The translations under genes and the position numbers were made by a program. Positions 1 through 10,096 of a stretch of 64,000 bases of DNA are shown in pieces (within the stretch, counting starts at the first letter, position 1; each line of letters opens with the position of its first letter). Location: the NCBI GenBank assembly GCA_963733035.1, contig CAVTBU010000006.1:128001-192000 (forward strand), written 5' to 3'. The notes under the pieces are model-generated. The model did not search any database and was not told the DNA's origin. It saw only the letters and a program-made list of their open reading frames with translations. Origin of the DNA: Pirellulales bacterium (lineage in GTDB: Bacteria > Planctomycetota > Planctomycetia > Pirellulales > PALSA-1355).

Positions 1-2
1 GC

Positions 3-605
3 GTGGATTATTCGCTGTTGCTGTTCGGCGTGGGCGTGCTGTATGCGGGCCTGTCGATTGCGCGGCGATCGTTCGGCTTTGGTGTTTTGGCGGCCGTGGC
101 GGCCAACGGCGGCTTGTGGTACCTGCTCAATCGGCAGGACGGCTGGGGTTTTCTGGCGCACCCGCAGGTGTGGCTAATTCCACCCGCCTTGTGCGTGTTG
201 GCGGCGGCCTATCTCAACCGGCGGCAACTGACAGACGGGCAGATGACGGCCATCCGCTATTTTACTTCGATGGCGATTTACCTTTCGTCGACGGCCGACA
301 TCTTCTTGAACGGCGTCGCTCAGAATCCTTGGTTGCCGATGGTACTCGCGGTCCTGTCGATCGCGGGCATCCTGTCGGGCATCTTGTTGCGAGTCCGTGC
401 GTTTCTGTTCTTGGGCACGGGTTTCCTGGCGCTGGCGATCTTTACCATCATCTGGTACGCGGCGGTTGACTTGGATCAGACCTGGATCTGGTATGCAAGC
501 GGCATCATTCTGGGCATCCTACTGCTGGTGCTGTTTGCCGTCTTTGAAAAGAAACAACAGGACTTGCTCGAAGTGGTCGAGCGACTGAAGCAGTGGGAAG
601 GTTAG
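3..605 (+). CDS. C-terminal part of a multi-pass membrane protein (truncated at the window start)
   Basis: Open frame of 200 aa with 6-7 hydrophobic segments, ending LKQWEG-stop. Confidence 0.8.
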   Translation: MDYSLLLFGVGVLYAGLSIARRSFGFGVLAAVAANGGLWYLLNRQDGWGFLAHPQVWLIPPALCVLAAAYLNRRQLTDGQMTAIRYFTSMAIYLSSTADIFLNGVAQNPWLPMVLAVLSIAGILSGILLRVRAFLFLGTGFLALAIFTIIWYAAVDLDQTWIWYASGIILGILLLVLFAVFEKKQQDLLEVVERLKQWEG

Positions 606-667
606 CGTGGCGCCGCTGACCGACACCCGGCATGCACCACTTGGGAAGCGCGGCGACCGGGCGACTG

Positions 668-1690
668 TTAAAAGTGAGGTCGTGCGGGGTGATGGACCGC
701 GGTGGGCGCTTGCCGACGGTGTCGTGGCCGTACGACGTGCGTGGCCAACCCGCAGCGTTCTAACAGCCAAATGACCCAGAAGGTGCCGTCGAGTTCCCAC
801 CAGCGATGGGAATTCGTGGCGCTGGCCGGGTCGGCATGATGATTGTTGTGCCAGCCTTCGCCGCTCGTGATAAACGCCACAAACCAATTGTTGCGGCTGT
901 TTTCCTGCGTCTCGTAGGTGCGGTATCCGTGCATATGGCTGAGCGAGTTGACGCTCCACGTGATGTGCCAGACGCACACCGTGCGCAGGAAGACTCCCCA
1001 AAACAGGAAGCTCAACCCGAACTGCACACCACCCAGCGCCGTGCCGGTGCTGATCGAGCCGGCCACCAATCCCGCCGTGAAGTACAAGGCCGCGTGCCCG
1101 AGGTAGATGTACACGCCCAGCATGGTGCGCTGCAGCCGCATGTAGAACGGATCGCGCAGGACGTCGCGGGCGTAGCGGTCGTAGGCGCTGAAGCAGCGGA
1201 CGTCGTGATTCTCGACGAGCAGCCAGCCAATATGGCCCCACAAGAAACTCACCAACGGGCTGTGCGGGTCGGGGGTACAATCCGACTCGTTGTGGTGCAT
1301 GCGGTGGGTGGCGACCCAGCTTCCCGGCGCGTCTTCCATGCAGCACAGCGCGACGACCGTTAGGGCGTGTTCGAGCCACAGCGGGCATTGGAAACTGCGG
1401 TGTGTCAGCAGGCGATGGTAGGCAATGTTGATGCCCAGCCCGCCGTAAAAGTAAATGCCAGCGACGAGCAGTACGACGCCGGTCCAGCTAAACAGCCAGG
1501 GCCACAAACAAGCCAGTGCCAACAGGTGAATCGCGACGATCGGCACGGCATAGCGCCAGGCGATTCTCTTGCCGGTGGTCGACGGCCGCTCGAGCCTGGA
1601 CGTCCGCGGCGCTGAACCGAGTGCGTTGTGATTGACGGGCGCAACGGGACCTTCGGCCACGTTCGCCCGTGGGGCCTGCAGAGCATCCAT
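668..1690 (-). CDS. Membrane fatty acid (delta-9 type acyl-lipid/acyl-CoA) desaturase
   Basis: His boxes HRLLTH, HRMHH and HNNHH; GEGWHNNHH motif; TM segments. Confidence 0.92.
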   Translation of the reverse strand: MDALQAPRANVAEGPVAPVNHNALGSAPRTSRLERPSTTGKRIAWRYAVPIVAIHLLALACLWPWLFSWTGVVLLVAGIYFYGGLGINIAYHRLLTHRSFQCPLWLEHALTVVALCCMEDAPGSWVATHRMHHNESDCTPDPHSPLVSFLWGHIGWLLVENHDVRCFSAYDRYARDVLRDPFYMRLQRTMLGVYIYLGHAALYFTAGLVAGSISTGTALGGVQFGLSFLFWGVFLRTVCVWHITWSVNSLSHMHGYRTYETQENSRNNWFVAFITSGEGWHNNHHADPASATNSHRWWELDGTFWVIWLLERCGLATHVVRPRHRRQAPTAVHHPARPHF

Positions 1691-2032
1691 GTCTTGTGCT
1701 TTCGAGCAGCAGCCGTGCTCGGCGTCTGCAAAAAGATTGTTTGTTAGGCACGCCCCTCAAACTGCGATCATAGAGGACCGCTTGCTTGAGAGCGAGCACT
1801 TTGCGCACCGTGAGGGATCATAAGCGCCGCGTAAGTTGGCCGTGCCAACAACATGCTGGTCGCAATTCGCCCGCTGTTGGTGGCAGCAGTGTTTCCCTCG
1901 ATACCTCAGCTTCCCAGAGTGACGCAGATGGGGCAGGCGGGGTGGTTTGGGGGCTGAGATAAAAGCTCGCGTATGGAGCGCCGATCAAAATGACAAGTTT
2001 GTTACCAAGCTCGCTGCCGGCGCATTGGTGAT

Positions 2033-3061
2033 TCAATCCTCGTCAAAGAGCGACGCATCGTCGACGAGCGTTTGTAACTCTTGCCGCGCGGCGCGAGGGT
2101 CGCTGACCACGGCTAACATTAGCTGCTCGAGTGGTTCGGGTTCGAGCCGGGCGATGTGCATCAGCACTTCCGGCAGCGGGTGACCTGCGGGCAGAACCGC
2201 CAACAGCCGTCGCCACGCCTCGGGCCCGGCTTGCAACAGCCAGGTTTCGTATTCGAGCTGATCGGCTTCGTCCGTAGCTTGTTCGTAGGTTTCGTCGTCG
2301 AGTGCGTTCAGGCCGTGCAGGCAGATGAGCTCGGCCGTACCTTTTGAAAGCTCATGCAGCAACAACGGCCAACAAATGGCTTTGCCAACGACGTGAAAAC
2401 GGTCGCCGTCGCGCCGGACGCCTCCATAGCCGACCACCGCGGCCCGCGTGACGCGGCCCACCGCGGTGCGCGGCGTGCGCAAGTGTCCGAAGGCCACGGC
2501 GTGGGTGATTTCCGCCACCAGGCGATCTTCGTCGATACCCCAGATCATCGCGGCCGCGCGCTTGGCGACTTCGGCAAGCTCACGCTCATGACCTCGCTCC
2601 AGTCGCAGCATCTTGAGGTGCAGCCAAATCATCTGCACGTAGTGGAGCGGTGGAATCCCAATGATGCCCTTCTTCCAACCTCGCTGGCGAAGGTAGTGTT
2701 TTGAGGCCCTCGCCAGTTGACCTCCGTAGCAAGCGAGTAACGGATGACGATGGAACGGGTGCCGTGGACGTCGCGTGCGATGCCAGAACCAAAACGGCCA
2801 ACCGTAGAGCAGCGGAATGTCGCCGATGAAGTAATTGAGGTGAAAGGCGACAATTGTCTTGTCATACAGCTTTGTCAGACCGGGCTGGATCGCCTCGAGT
2901 TCGTCGGCCACCAAATGATGCGCGGTGAGAAACGTGTGAGCGGCCGCGCCTTGAATTAACAAATTGAGTGTGAGCCGCTTGTTGATCTGCTGCAAAAGTT
3001 CGTCGGAATAGGCGGCACGGCTTTCCGTTCTCCTCCCATCGCTGGAATCCGAATGTCGCAC
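2033..3061 (-). CDS. Uncharacterised protein with HELSKG motif
   Basis: 342-aa ORF with protein-like composition (INKRLTLNLLIQGAA...LLHELSKGTAEL...EYETWLLQAGP). Start uncertain: a GGAGGAG lies inside the 5' end before an out-of-frame GTG, suggesting a 1-nt error. Confidence 0.75.
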   Translation of the reverse strand: MRHSDSSDGRRTESRAAYSDELLQQINKRLTLNLLIQGAAAHTFLTAHHLVADELEAIQPGLTKLYDKTIVAFHLNYFIGDIPLLYGWPFWFWHRTRRPRHPFHRHPLLACYGGQLARASKHYLRQRGWKKGIIGIPPLHYVQMIWLHLKMLRLERGHERELAEVAKRAAAMIWGIDEDRLVAEITHAVAFGHLRTPRTAVGRVTRAAVVGYGGVRRDGDRFHVVGKAICWPLLLHELSKGTAELICLHGLNALDDETYEQATDEADQLEYETWLLQAGPEAWRRLLAVLPAGHPLPEVLMHIARLEPEPLEQLMLAVVSDPRAARQELQTLVDDASLFDED

Positions 3062-3070
3062 GGCGGTTTG

Positions 3071-3295
3071 CTAAGCCTTGGGTTGCGGCTCGGGGCGGCC
3101 CGTGGGCCACGTCGGATTGAAGGGATCCAGATCCGGTTTTTCCTTTGGCGGCGGATCGGGGGTTGCCGGTTCGGTGTCGGGCTCGACCTTGGGCGTTTCC
3201 GGCGGCGCCGACGGCGCGCTGCTCCCCAATCGGAAAAACGAAACCTGATTCCAAAAGGGAATCGGGGGGCGTGCTCGGTGCTGTATCATTTCCAT
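3071..3295 (-). CDS. Small proline-rich peptide ending PEPQPKA
   Basis: 74-aa ORF with ATG start, stopping about 10 nt upstream of the next co-oriented gene; Pro/Glu/Asp/Lys-rich. Confidence 0.6.
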   Translation of the reverse strand: MEMIQHRARPPIPFWNQVSFFRLGSSAPSAPPETPKVEPDTEPATPDPPPKEKPDLDPFNPTWPTGRPEPQPKA

Positions 3296-3510
3296 GGTCC
3301 GACCGTGTCGTGTGAGGGCCCTCGTATTCTAGCCCTTGTTAGCAACTCAGCCACACCGCTATAGCGGCGACGGGCTGCCAGGGCCGTGCCCGGTACTTGC
3401 TCCGCTGACGGGCATTTTGCTCGTTTCGGCGCGAACCTTCGCCATGTGCGATGACTCAGGCAATTACTTCATTTTCCCATACTTTGGATACGTTTTCCTG
3501 AGGGGCCGCT

Positions 3511-3978
3511 ATGGATCGAGATTTCATCGAACGTTACGCGGCTGGCGGCGACCAACTTCGGGCATCGATTGCCGGGCTGACGCCGGCCCAGTTGCAGGCC
3601 TTTCCCGTTCCTGGGACGTGGAGCCTTCAGCAGATCGTGCTGCACATGATGGACAGCGACCTGATCGGTGCCGATCGGATGAAACGTGTCGCCGTCGAAA
3701 AGCAGCCCCCCACGCTGATCGGCTATGATGAATCCGCCTTTGCGGGCGGTTTGTTCTACCAAGAGCTTGACCCGCAAGTGGCTTGCGATGTGTTTGAAAA
3801 GAATCGCCAACTCACGGCGGAAATCTTGCGGCGGCTACCGGCCGAGGCGTTCGAGCGCACGGGCCATCACGACGAACACGGTGAAGTGACGCTGGCCGAA
3901 CTGCTGAAGACCTATGTCGAACACCTCGAACATCACTTGCGGTATATCGAAAAGAAACGAGCGATGGTCGGCGGATAG
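3511..3978 (+). CDS. DinB/YfiT family protein (putative thiol S-transferase)
   Basis: GTWSLQQIVLH and EHLEHH motifs; GAGGGG RBS upstream. Confidence 0.88.
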   Translation: MDRDFIERYAAGGDQLRASIAGLTPAQLQAFPVPGTWSLQQIVLHMMDSDLIGADRMKRVAVEKQPPTLIGYDESAFAGGLFYQELDPQVACDVFEKNRQLTAEILRRLPAEAFERTGHHDEHGEVTLAELLKTYVEHLEHHLRYIEKKRAMVGG

Positions 3979-4004
3979 TTGCCGGATGGGAATCCGTGGG
4001 CCTG

Positions 4005-4924
4005 TCAAAACGCACTGCGGCACTCGTCTTGCCCGGGCGGATCGATTTGGATGGTGACGTGTTCGATGCTGAAATCGTCGTGCAGCATGACGCGCAAGTT
4101 TTCGAGCGCCGTCTGGTGATCTTGTCCTGGCTGAAGAACGACATGGGCCGATAGCGAGTCCAGGCCGCTGGTGATCGTCCAGATGTGGAGGTCGTGCACT
4201 TCGGATACGCCCGCGACCTTGGACATCGCGGATTGTACCGCGTTCAGGTCCAGGTGGCGGGGAGTGCTTTCCATCAAGATGGCGATGGCCTGTTTCACCA
4301 GGTCCCAGGAGGAATAGATCACCAGCACGCCGATTGCAATCGATGCCGCGGGGTCGGCCCAATTCCAACCAAAGGCCCAGATCAATCCGCCCGCTCCCAG
4401 CGCGGCGACGCTGCCCAGAGCATCGGTGAAGATGTGCAGCCAGGCGCCGCGGACGTTGAGGCTGGCATCCTTGCCGGCGTGCAGGATCATCAGCCCGATG
4501 ACGTTGATCACGAGCCCGCCGGCGGCGATCGACATCATGAGCGCCCCGGCGACCGGTTCGGGCTCGGCCAGCCGGCGAAACGCCTCGATGAAGACCAGGA
4601 TGGAAATTGCGATCAGGGTGGCGCCGTTGGCCAGGGCCGCAAGAATCTCGGCACGATGGTAGCCGTAGGTGAGTTTTGAATTGGGGGGACGCTGGCTGAT
4701 CCAGGAAGCAAACAGGCTCAAGCCGAGCGCCGCGGCGTCGGAAAACATATGTCCGGCGTCGGCCAACAGCGCGAGCGAATCGGCCAGGTAGCCGCCGACG
4801 ATCTCGGCGAACATGTACGTGATCGTGAGGCCCAGGGTCCAGGCCAGGCGCTGCGCCCCGAGGCCCGTCCGTTCTTGACGGCCTCGCGATCCAGTCCGTG
4901 CGGATGATGGTGGTGTTGGCCCAT
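4005..4924 (-). CDS. Cation diffusion facilitator (CzcD/ZitB-like), apparent frameshift near 4857
   Basis: SLALLADAGHMFSD, HIFTD and VHDLHIW motifs. The His-rich start MGQHHHHPH at 4924 joins the main frame if one G is restored in a G-run. Confidence 0.9.
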
Positions 4925-4934
4925 TGCCTGGCAA

Positions 4935-6028
4935 TCAATCTGGTCGGCGTGCTTCCCGGCTGCCGCCCTGCCGCAGCGCGGCACAAATCGGGTATCGTAG
5001 GCTCCGCGCACGTCGACGCCGCTGGGACTCATTTGTTTTGATTCGACCAACTGGTCGGCCAACTTTTGCCAACGCGCGTGAGACATCGTGCCGACGCCTT
5101 CCTGTTCGGCCACGCTGTCGAACACCAAGGGTTCCAACGTCTTGGCTCCATACGCGAGAATGTCGAGATCCATTTGCGGGTTGAGCTTGTGAATCAGGGC
5201 GTTCGTTTTATCGGGCGACTGCAAATACTTTTGCCAGCCACGGACCGAGGCCGCGACCATTTTTTGCACGAGCTCGGGGTTGTTTCGCACGGTCTCGTCG
5301 TTGGTGAACAACGTGCTGGTGTACGGATTGAAGCCTAGCTCGGAAAGCATCAACACGCGCGGATCGCCGCCGCTCTTGCGGGCGACAAACGGCTCGCTGA
5401 AGACGTAGCCTTGCTGGGCGTAGTTCTTGTCGCGCAAGAACTGCGCCACGTTGCCGGCATAGGGCACGATTTTCACGTTCTTCTTGTCGAGCTGGAGCTC
5501 TCGCCGCAGGAACTGCGTGAACGCGTTACTACTGGAGACGGCCAGCGTGATGTTCCGCAAATCATCAAAATTGCGGATGCCCGAACTCTCGTGTACCAAG
5601 ATGCAACGGGGGCTGATTTGCAACGGCGCCATCACGGCCACGATCGGGGCGTCTTGCGCCCGGCCAAACAAGACGTTGTCGCCGTTCACCACGCCAAAGT
5701 TGACGGTTCCGCGAGCCACCTGCTGCACGACGGGTGCATCGGGGCCGCCGGGCAGGATTTTGACGCTCAGCCCGGCGTCTCTGTAATAGCCATGGGCGAG
5801 CGCCGCGTAGTAGCCGCCATGCTCGGCCTCCGGAAACCAATTGAGCTGTAGCGTGACCGGAGTTAGCGAAGGATCGTCCCTTTCCGGGTTCGCTTCGCTG
5901 GCGTCCATTTGCGCACGCGGATCGGAGTTCGACGCGGTCCGCGACGAGGAACTGGCGCCGCATCCCAGTTGCCACAGTAGCGGGAGCAGGATCAGCACAA
6001 GGGCTGGCCGGGCAGCGAGTCGGGACAT
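4935..6028 (-). CDS. ABC transporter substrate-binding lipoprotein, NMT1/THI5 (SsuA/ThiY-like) family
   Basis: Lipobox LGC; LNWFPEAEHGGYYAA motif. 3' end inferred (TGA at 4935-4937 after a probable 1-nt deletion near 4980). Confidence 0.85.
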
Positions 6029-6042
6029 GGGGAAGAATCTCC

Positions 6043-6849
6043 TTATTCGGTATGAGTCGAGCCGCGCTGGTTCGTCACGTGCCAGCGAGCCAGGATCGTG
6101 ACTCCCAGCAGACTGACAGTAGCAAATATGACAATCGAAAGCAGCGTCGAACAGATGACGCCGGCAAACACGTAGGAAGTGTCCAAGTTGCCATTGGCAC
6201 GCGTGATCAGCGTGCCCAGGCCATACTGTTGACCTTGAAATCCGGCGTAAATCTCGCCGACGATTGCGCCGATGACCGCCAGTCCGCAAGAAATTTTGGC
6301 GCCGGTGACCAGGTAGGGCACGGCATTGGGCAAGCGCAGCTTGAGGAGGACTTGCCAGCGCGAGGCATTGTGAACAGCGAACAGTTCGAGCAAGTTCGGA
6401 TCAACCTGCGTCAGACCCGTCGTGGCGCTGGTAATGATTGGGAACAAGCTCAGGATGAACGATACGGCCACCACGCCCTGGAAACCGTATCCAAACCACA
6501 GGATGAGCAACGGGGCCATGGCCACAATCGGCACGGTCTGCAGAAAAATGGCATAAGGGTAAATGCTGCGCTGAATGATTCTTGATTGGGAGAAGACCAG
6601 ACCTAGTGCCGTCCCCAGCACGAGGCTCAGTAGAAAACCGGCCAGCGCGGCGGCTCCCGTGAGCGGCGTCGCCCGGCCGAGTTCCGCGGCATGATCCCTG
6701 GCGGCGTTCCAAACCCGCGCGGGACCGGGCACCAGATAGGCAGGCAGCTCCCACAGCATGGTGACCGCCTGCCAGAGAGCCAAGATCAACAGAAAGAAAA
6801 CGAGCGGCGGCAGTGCGACGCGCAGCAACCAACTTCCGGCTGACTTCAT
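6043..6849 (-). CDS. ABC transporter permease (SsuC/TauC/NitT type)
   Basis: QTVPIVAMAPL, KLRLPNAVP and GAIVGE motifs; GGAGG RBS; ATGA overlap with the ATPase gene. Confidence 0.9.
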   Translation of the reverse strand: MKSAGSWLLRVALPPLVFFLLILALWQAVTMLWELPAYLVPGPARVWNAARDHAAELGRATPLTGAAALAGFLLSLVLGTALGLVFSQSRIIQRSIYPYAIFLQTVPIVAMAPLLILWFGYGFQGVVAVSFILSLFPIITSATTGLTQVDPNLLELFAVHNASRWQVLLKLRLPNAVPYLVTGAKISCGLAVIGAIVGEIYAGFQGQQYGLGTLITRANGNLDTSYVFAGVICSTLLSIVIFATVSLLGVTILARWHVTNQRGSTHTE

Positions 6850-7619
6850 GTTGCCGCCTCCTCGAGCCGCGCCATGACCTCGCCGCACAGTCGCGCGAAC
6901 TCACCTTGCGAGCGCAACTCCATGCGCCGCGGATAGGGGAAGGGCACGGAAATCTCCGCCACCACGCGCCCCGGTCGAGGACTCATGATCAGGATGCGCT
7001 GGCTCAGGAACACGGCTTCGGCAATGTTGTGCGTTACGAATACACCGGTCCAGTTGCGCCGTTCCCACATGCGGATCAGCTCTTCATTCAGCTTCTGCCG
7101 GGTAATGTCGTCGAGCGCGGCAAATGGCTCGTCCAGCAACAGCAAGTCAGGTTCAACGACGAGTGCCCGGGCCAGCGAAACGCGCATCCGCATGCCGCCC
7201 GAGAGTTGACTGGGAAACCGCCGGGAAAACTCGGCCAATCCGACCAGCTCGAGCGCTCGGCGGGTTGATGCGCCGCGGTCGACACGCGAGCGACCGGCGA
7301 GCTCCAGCGGCAAGGCCACGTTGGCCTCGACGCGGCGCCAAGGAAGCAGCGTCGGGTCCTGAAAGACAAAGGCCAGCCGGATGTTGCGCCGCCGTGCCTT
7401 GGCAGGCTTTTCGCCAGCCAACGCGATCTGCCCAGCGGTTGGTTCCACCAGGCCGGCGAGCAGTCGCAGCACGGTGCTTTTGCCGCAGCCCGAGGGGCCG
7501 ACAATCGACAAGAACTGCCCAGCCGGCAGATCGAAGTCGAAATGGTCCAGGGCCCGCACGCCACCGCGGTAGGTGACGGCGAGCCCCTTGGCATGGACTA
7601 AAGCTTGACCTGAAATCAA
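6846..7619 (-). CDS. ABC transporter ATP-binding protein (SsuB/TauB type)
   Basis: Walker A GPSGCGKS, LSGGM, LLLDEPF and VTH motifs; TTG start after GGAGG. Confidence 0.92.
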   Translation of the reverse strand: MISGQALVHAKGLAVTYRGGVRALDHFDFDLPAGQFLSIVGPSGCGKSTVLRLLAGLVEPTAGQIALAGEKPAKARRRNIRLAFVFQDPTLLPWRRVEANVALPLELAGRSRVDRGASTRRALELVGLAEFSRRFPSQLSGGMRMRVSLARALVVEPDLLLLDEPFAALDDITRQKLNEELIRMWERRNWTGVFVTHNIAEAVFLSQRILIMSPRPGRVVAEISVPFPYPRRMELRSQGEFARLCGEVMARLEEAAT

Positions 7620-7834
7620 TTTAACGCCTCCCCGTGGCGGCCCGTTTGGCCGCCGCGCGGCCGCAGTATACGTAACGTTTGGGCAAAACGCGACGACAGT
7701 TCGTGGCGGGCGCGCCTCAGACAGCCAGACCCACTCCTCCGTGGCCATTTATTGCTTGCCGCTTGCCAGGAGGTATTATTCAAAGAGGGTTTTGAACCCA
7801 CGCTCGTCGAAATTGTCCCCGGGATTTCCAGCTC

Positions 7835-8836
7835 ATGGCGCATCGTCTGTTCTTCGCCACGCTGCTGCTGGCGGCAGTGTGTGGCTGTGGGCAAGATTCC
7901 GTTCCGACGGATTCGACGCAAGCCGCACTCCAGCAACTCCGGAGCGGGCAATACGACGACGCCATTGCCACGGCAACCGAAGCCATTCGACAAAATCCAC
8001 GGAATGCCGCCGCGTACCTGTATCGCGGACGAGCATATCACTTTCGCAATGCGATGGGCGATCATCAGTTGGCCGTGTCCGACTTGGGTGAAGCCATCCG
8101 TCTGGCGCCCGAATCGTCCGATGCCTACTACAGCCGGGCGCTGGTTTATCGAGATATCGGCCAAACCGACCTGGCGTCCAAGGACGAAACAAAGGCTCGC
8201 GATCTGGACGGGTTGCTCAAGGAGACCTACCGACATCTTCCTGACCTGACACCCCGCTCGACAATCGCCAAGGCGCGCGAACCAGACGGACGAACCAAGC
8301 AAGACGAGTCGAAGGTGGTCGGTGCTCTGCCGAAGGATGTCGACGAACAAAAGCAGCTATACGAGGAACTAAAGGACAAGTTCGAGCCCGGCTTTGGCGA
8401 GCTGCGTACACAGCCGCTTGATGGCTCGGCCGACGATGCGGGCAGAGAACACACCGAATCGCTCAGCGAGCGCTACCGCCGCCTGCTTGGGCAAGACGGA
8501 GCGACCGGCGAAGCCGCGCCGCGGGGCTTTGGCGGCCAGGTGCCGGATCAATTTGCTCAGCCAGCCGCCGAGCCGTCGACGACGCCTTCCGCGGCACCGG
8601 GGACAGCGAACGACATGGGAGGGAGCACGGCCGCGCGTCGGCCGCGTGGAAACCTGCCAGGTCCTTTGCAGCCACAGCCGATGCAATCGCCGTTTGCTCC
8701 GCGGAACGTGACGCAACCCGCCGCGCAAATGCCGCCGGGAGTGCGATCTCCCTTTCCGCAGCGAATTCAGGGTGCTACCGGCTACGTTCAGCCGGTGAAT
8801 CCGTTTGGTGCGCAAGCTGCGCGCAGCGGACGGTGA
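7835..8836 (+). CDS. TPR-repeat lipoprotein with Pro-rich C-terminus
   Basis: Signal peptide ending VCGC; three TPR-like repeats (AYLYRG, AYYSRA). Confidence 0.8.
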   Translation: MAHRLFFATLLLAAVCGCGQDSVPTDSTQAALQQLRSGQYDDAIATATEAIRQNPRNAAAYLYRGRAYHFRNAMGDHQLAVSDLGEAIRLAPESSDAYYSRALVYRDIGQTDLASKDETKARDLDGLLKETYRHLPDLTPRSTIAKAREPDGRTKQDESKVVGALPKDVDEQKQLYEELKDKFEPGFGELRTQPLDGSADDAGREHTESLSERYRRLLGQDGATGEAAPRGFGGQVPDQFAQPAAEPSTTPSAAPGTANDMGGSTAARRPRGNLPGPLQPQPMQSPFAPRNVTQPAAQMPPGVRSPFPQRIQGATGYVQPVNPFGAQAARSGR

Positions 8837-8930
8837 CGCGGCCGTTCACCACGCCCGCCAAGCCCGGCTTCTCGAATCCCGTGGTTCGGCCGCCGAATCC
8901 GCGCGACTATTTGCCGTAGGTCATCAGCCC

Positions 8931-10043
8931 CTAGGCGTCGAAGACCATTTCCGCGAGCTCTGCGCGGTGGTGCGCCGCGTCGCCGCAGAGAATTTCCAGG
9001 GCTTTGGAACGCTTGTAGTAGAGCTGCAAGTCGTGCTCCCAGGTGAAGCCGATGCCGCCGTGGACTTGGACGCCGCGGTTGGCTACTTCGCGCGAGGCGT
9101 CGGAGGTGTAGGCCTTGGCAATGCCGACCGCACGGGGCCTTTCGTCCGGGTTGGCATCGATGGCCCAGGCGGCGTAGTAGATCGCCGACCGCGAGCTTTC
9201 GGTCCACAACAGCATGTCGGCACACATGTGCTGCACGGCCTGGAACGAACCGATCGTCTTGCCGAACTGCTGCCGCGTTTTGGCGTACTCGACCGAGTCT
9301 TCGAGAATCCACTGCATGCCGCCAAGCATGTCGGCGCAAGCACACAGGGCGGCTACATCGAGCGAACGGGCCAAGGCGGCTTCAGCTTGTTTGCCTTCCG
9401 CTAAGATATCGTCACCAGCCACTTCGACGGCTTCGAACGTCACATCGGCAATCTTTCGCGTGGCGTCGAGTCCCGGCGTGGGATGGATCGTCACCCCGCG
9501 GGCGCTAGCCGGTACGCAGCCCAGCAAGAGTCCTTTGGGAGAACGGGCGACGAAAACCAGATGATCCGCGACGTTCGCATCGAGCACGAACGACTTGCGG
9601 CCGTTGAGCGTCCATGTGCCATCCACCAGCTTGGCGTCGAGTACGACGTCCGCCAGGTTCCAGCCGGAGTCAGGTTCGAGCAGCGCGACGGCCCCCTTAC
9701 TTTCGCCGTTGGTGAGCTTTTCGAGATGCGGGGAATTTGGGTTCGTGGCGGCGATTAAAGTTGCGGCCCAGACGGTTCCCAGGAACGGTCCGGGGAAGCA
9801 TGCCCGTCCCATTTCCTCGGCCACGACGGCCAATTCGACGGTGCCGAGGCCTAGCCCGCCGGCGGCTTCGTCAAGGTGAATGCCGAGCCAGCCTTGATCG
9901 GCCACGGCCGACCACAGCTCGGGGTTGAAGGCGGTTTCGGTGGCCATCAGTTCGCGCACGCGCTTGGGCGGGCACTCGCGAGTGAACAAGTCGCGGGCGC
10001 TTTTCTGCAACAGCCGCTGCGGTTTCGATAGATCGAATTCCAT
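8931..10043 (-). CDS. Acyl-CoA dehydrogenase family protein (short partner type)
   Basis: RQQFGKTIGSFQAVQH and QVHGGIGFTWEH motifs. Confidence 0.93.
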   Translation of the reverse strand: MEFDLSKPQRLLQKSARDLFTRECPPKRVRELMATETAFNPELWSAVADQGWLGIHLDEAAGGLGLGTVELAVVAEEMGRACFPGPFLGTVWAATLIAATNPNSPHLEKLTNGESKGAVALLEPDSGWNLADVVLDAKLVDGTWTLNGRKSFVLDANVADHLVFVARSPKGLLLGCVPASARGVTIHPTPGLDATRKIADVTFEAVEVAGDDILAEGKQAEAALARSLDVAALCACADMLGGMQWILEDSVEYAKTRQQFGKTIGSFQAVQHMCADMLLWTESSRSAIYYAAWAIDANPDERPRAVGIAKAYTSDASREVANRGVQVHGGIGFTWEHDLQLYYKRSKALEILCGDAAHHRAELAEMVFDA

Positions 10044-10096
10044 GATGCGGTCCTTTAACGTCGTTATGCGGTATTTTTTGTGTGATTGTTGACTGA

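Noticed and set aside
1940..2030. GGGGCTGAGA resembling a TPP riboswitch
   Set aside because: The downstream CCC...GAACCTGAT...GCGTAGGGA elements are missing and no suitable + strand gene follows.
7620..7834. Expected TPP riboswitch upstream of the NMT1/THI5-type ABC operon
   Set aside because: No CTGAGA or ACCTG core on the minus strand, so the substrate is left unassigned.
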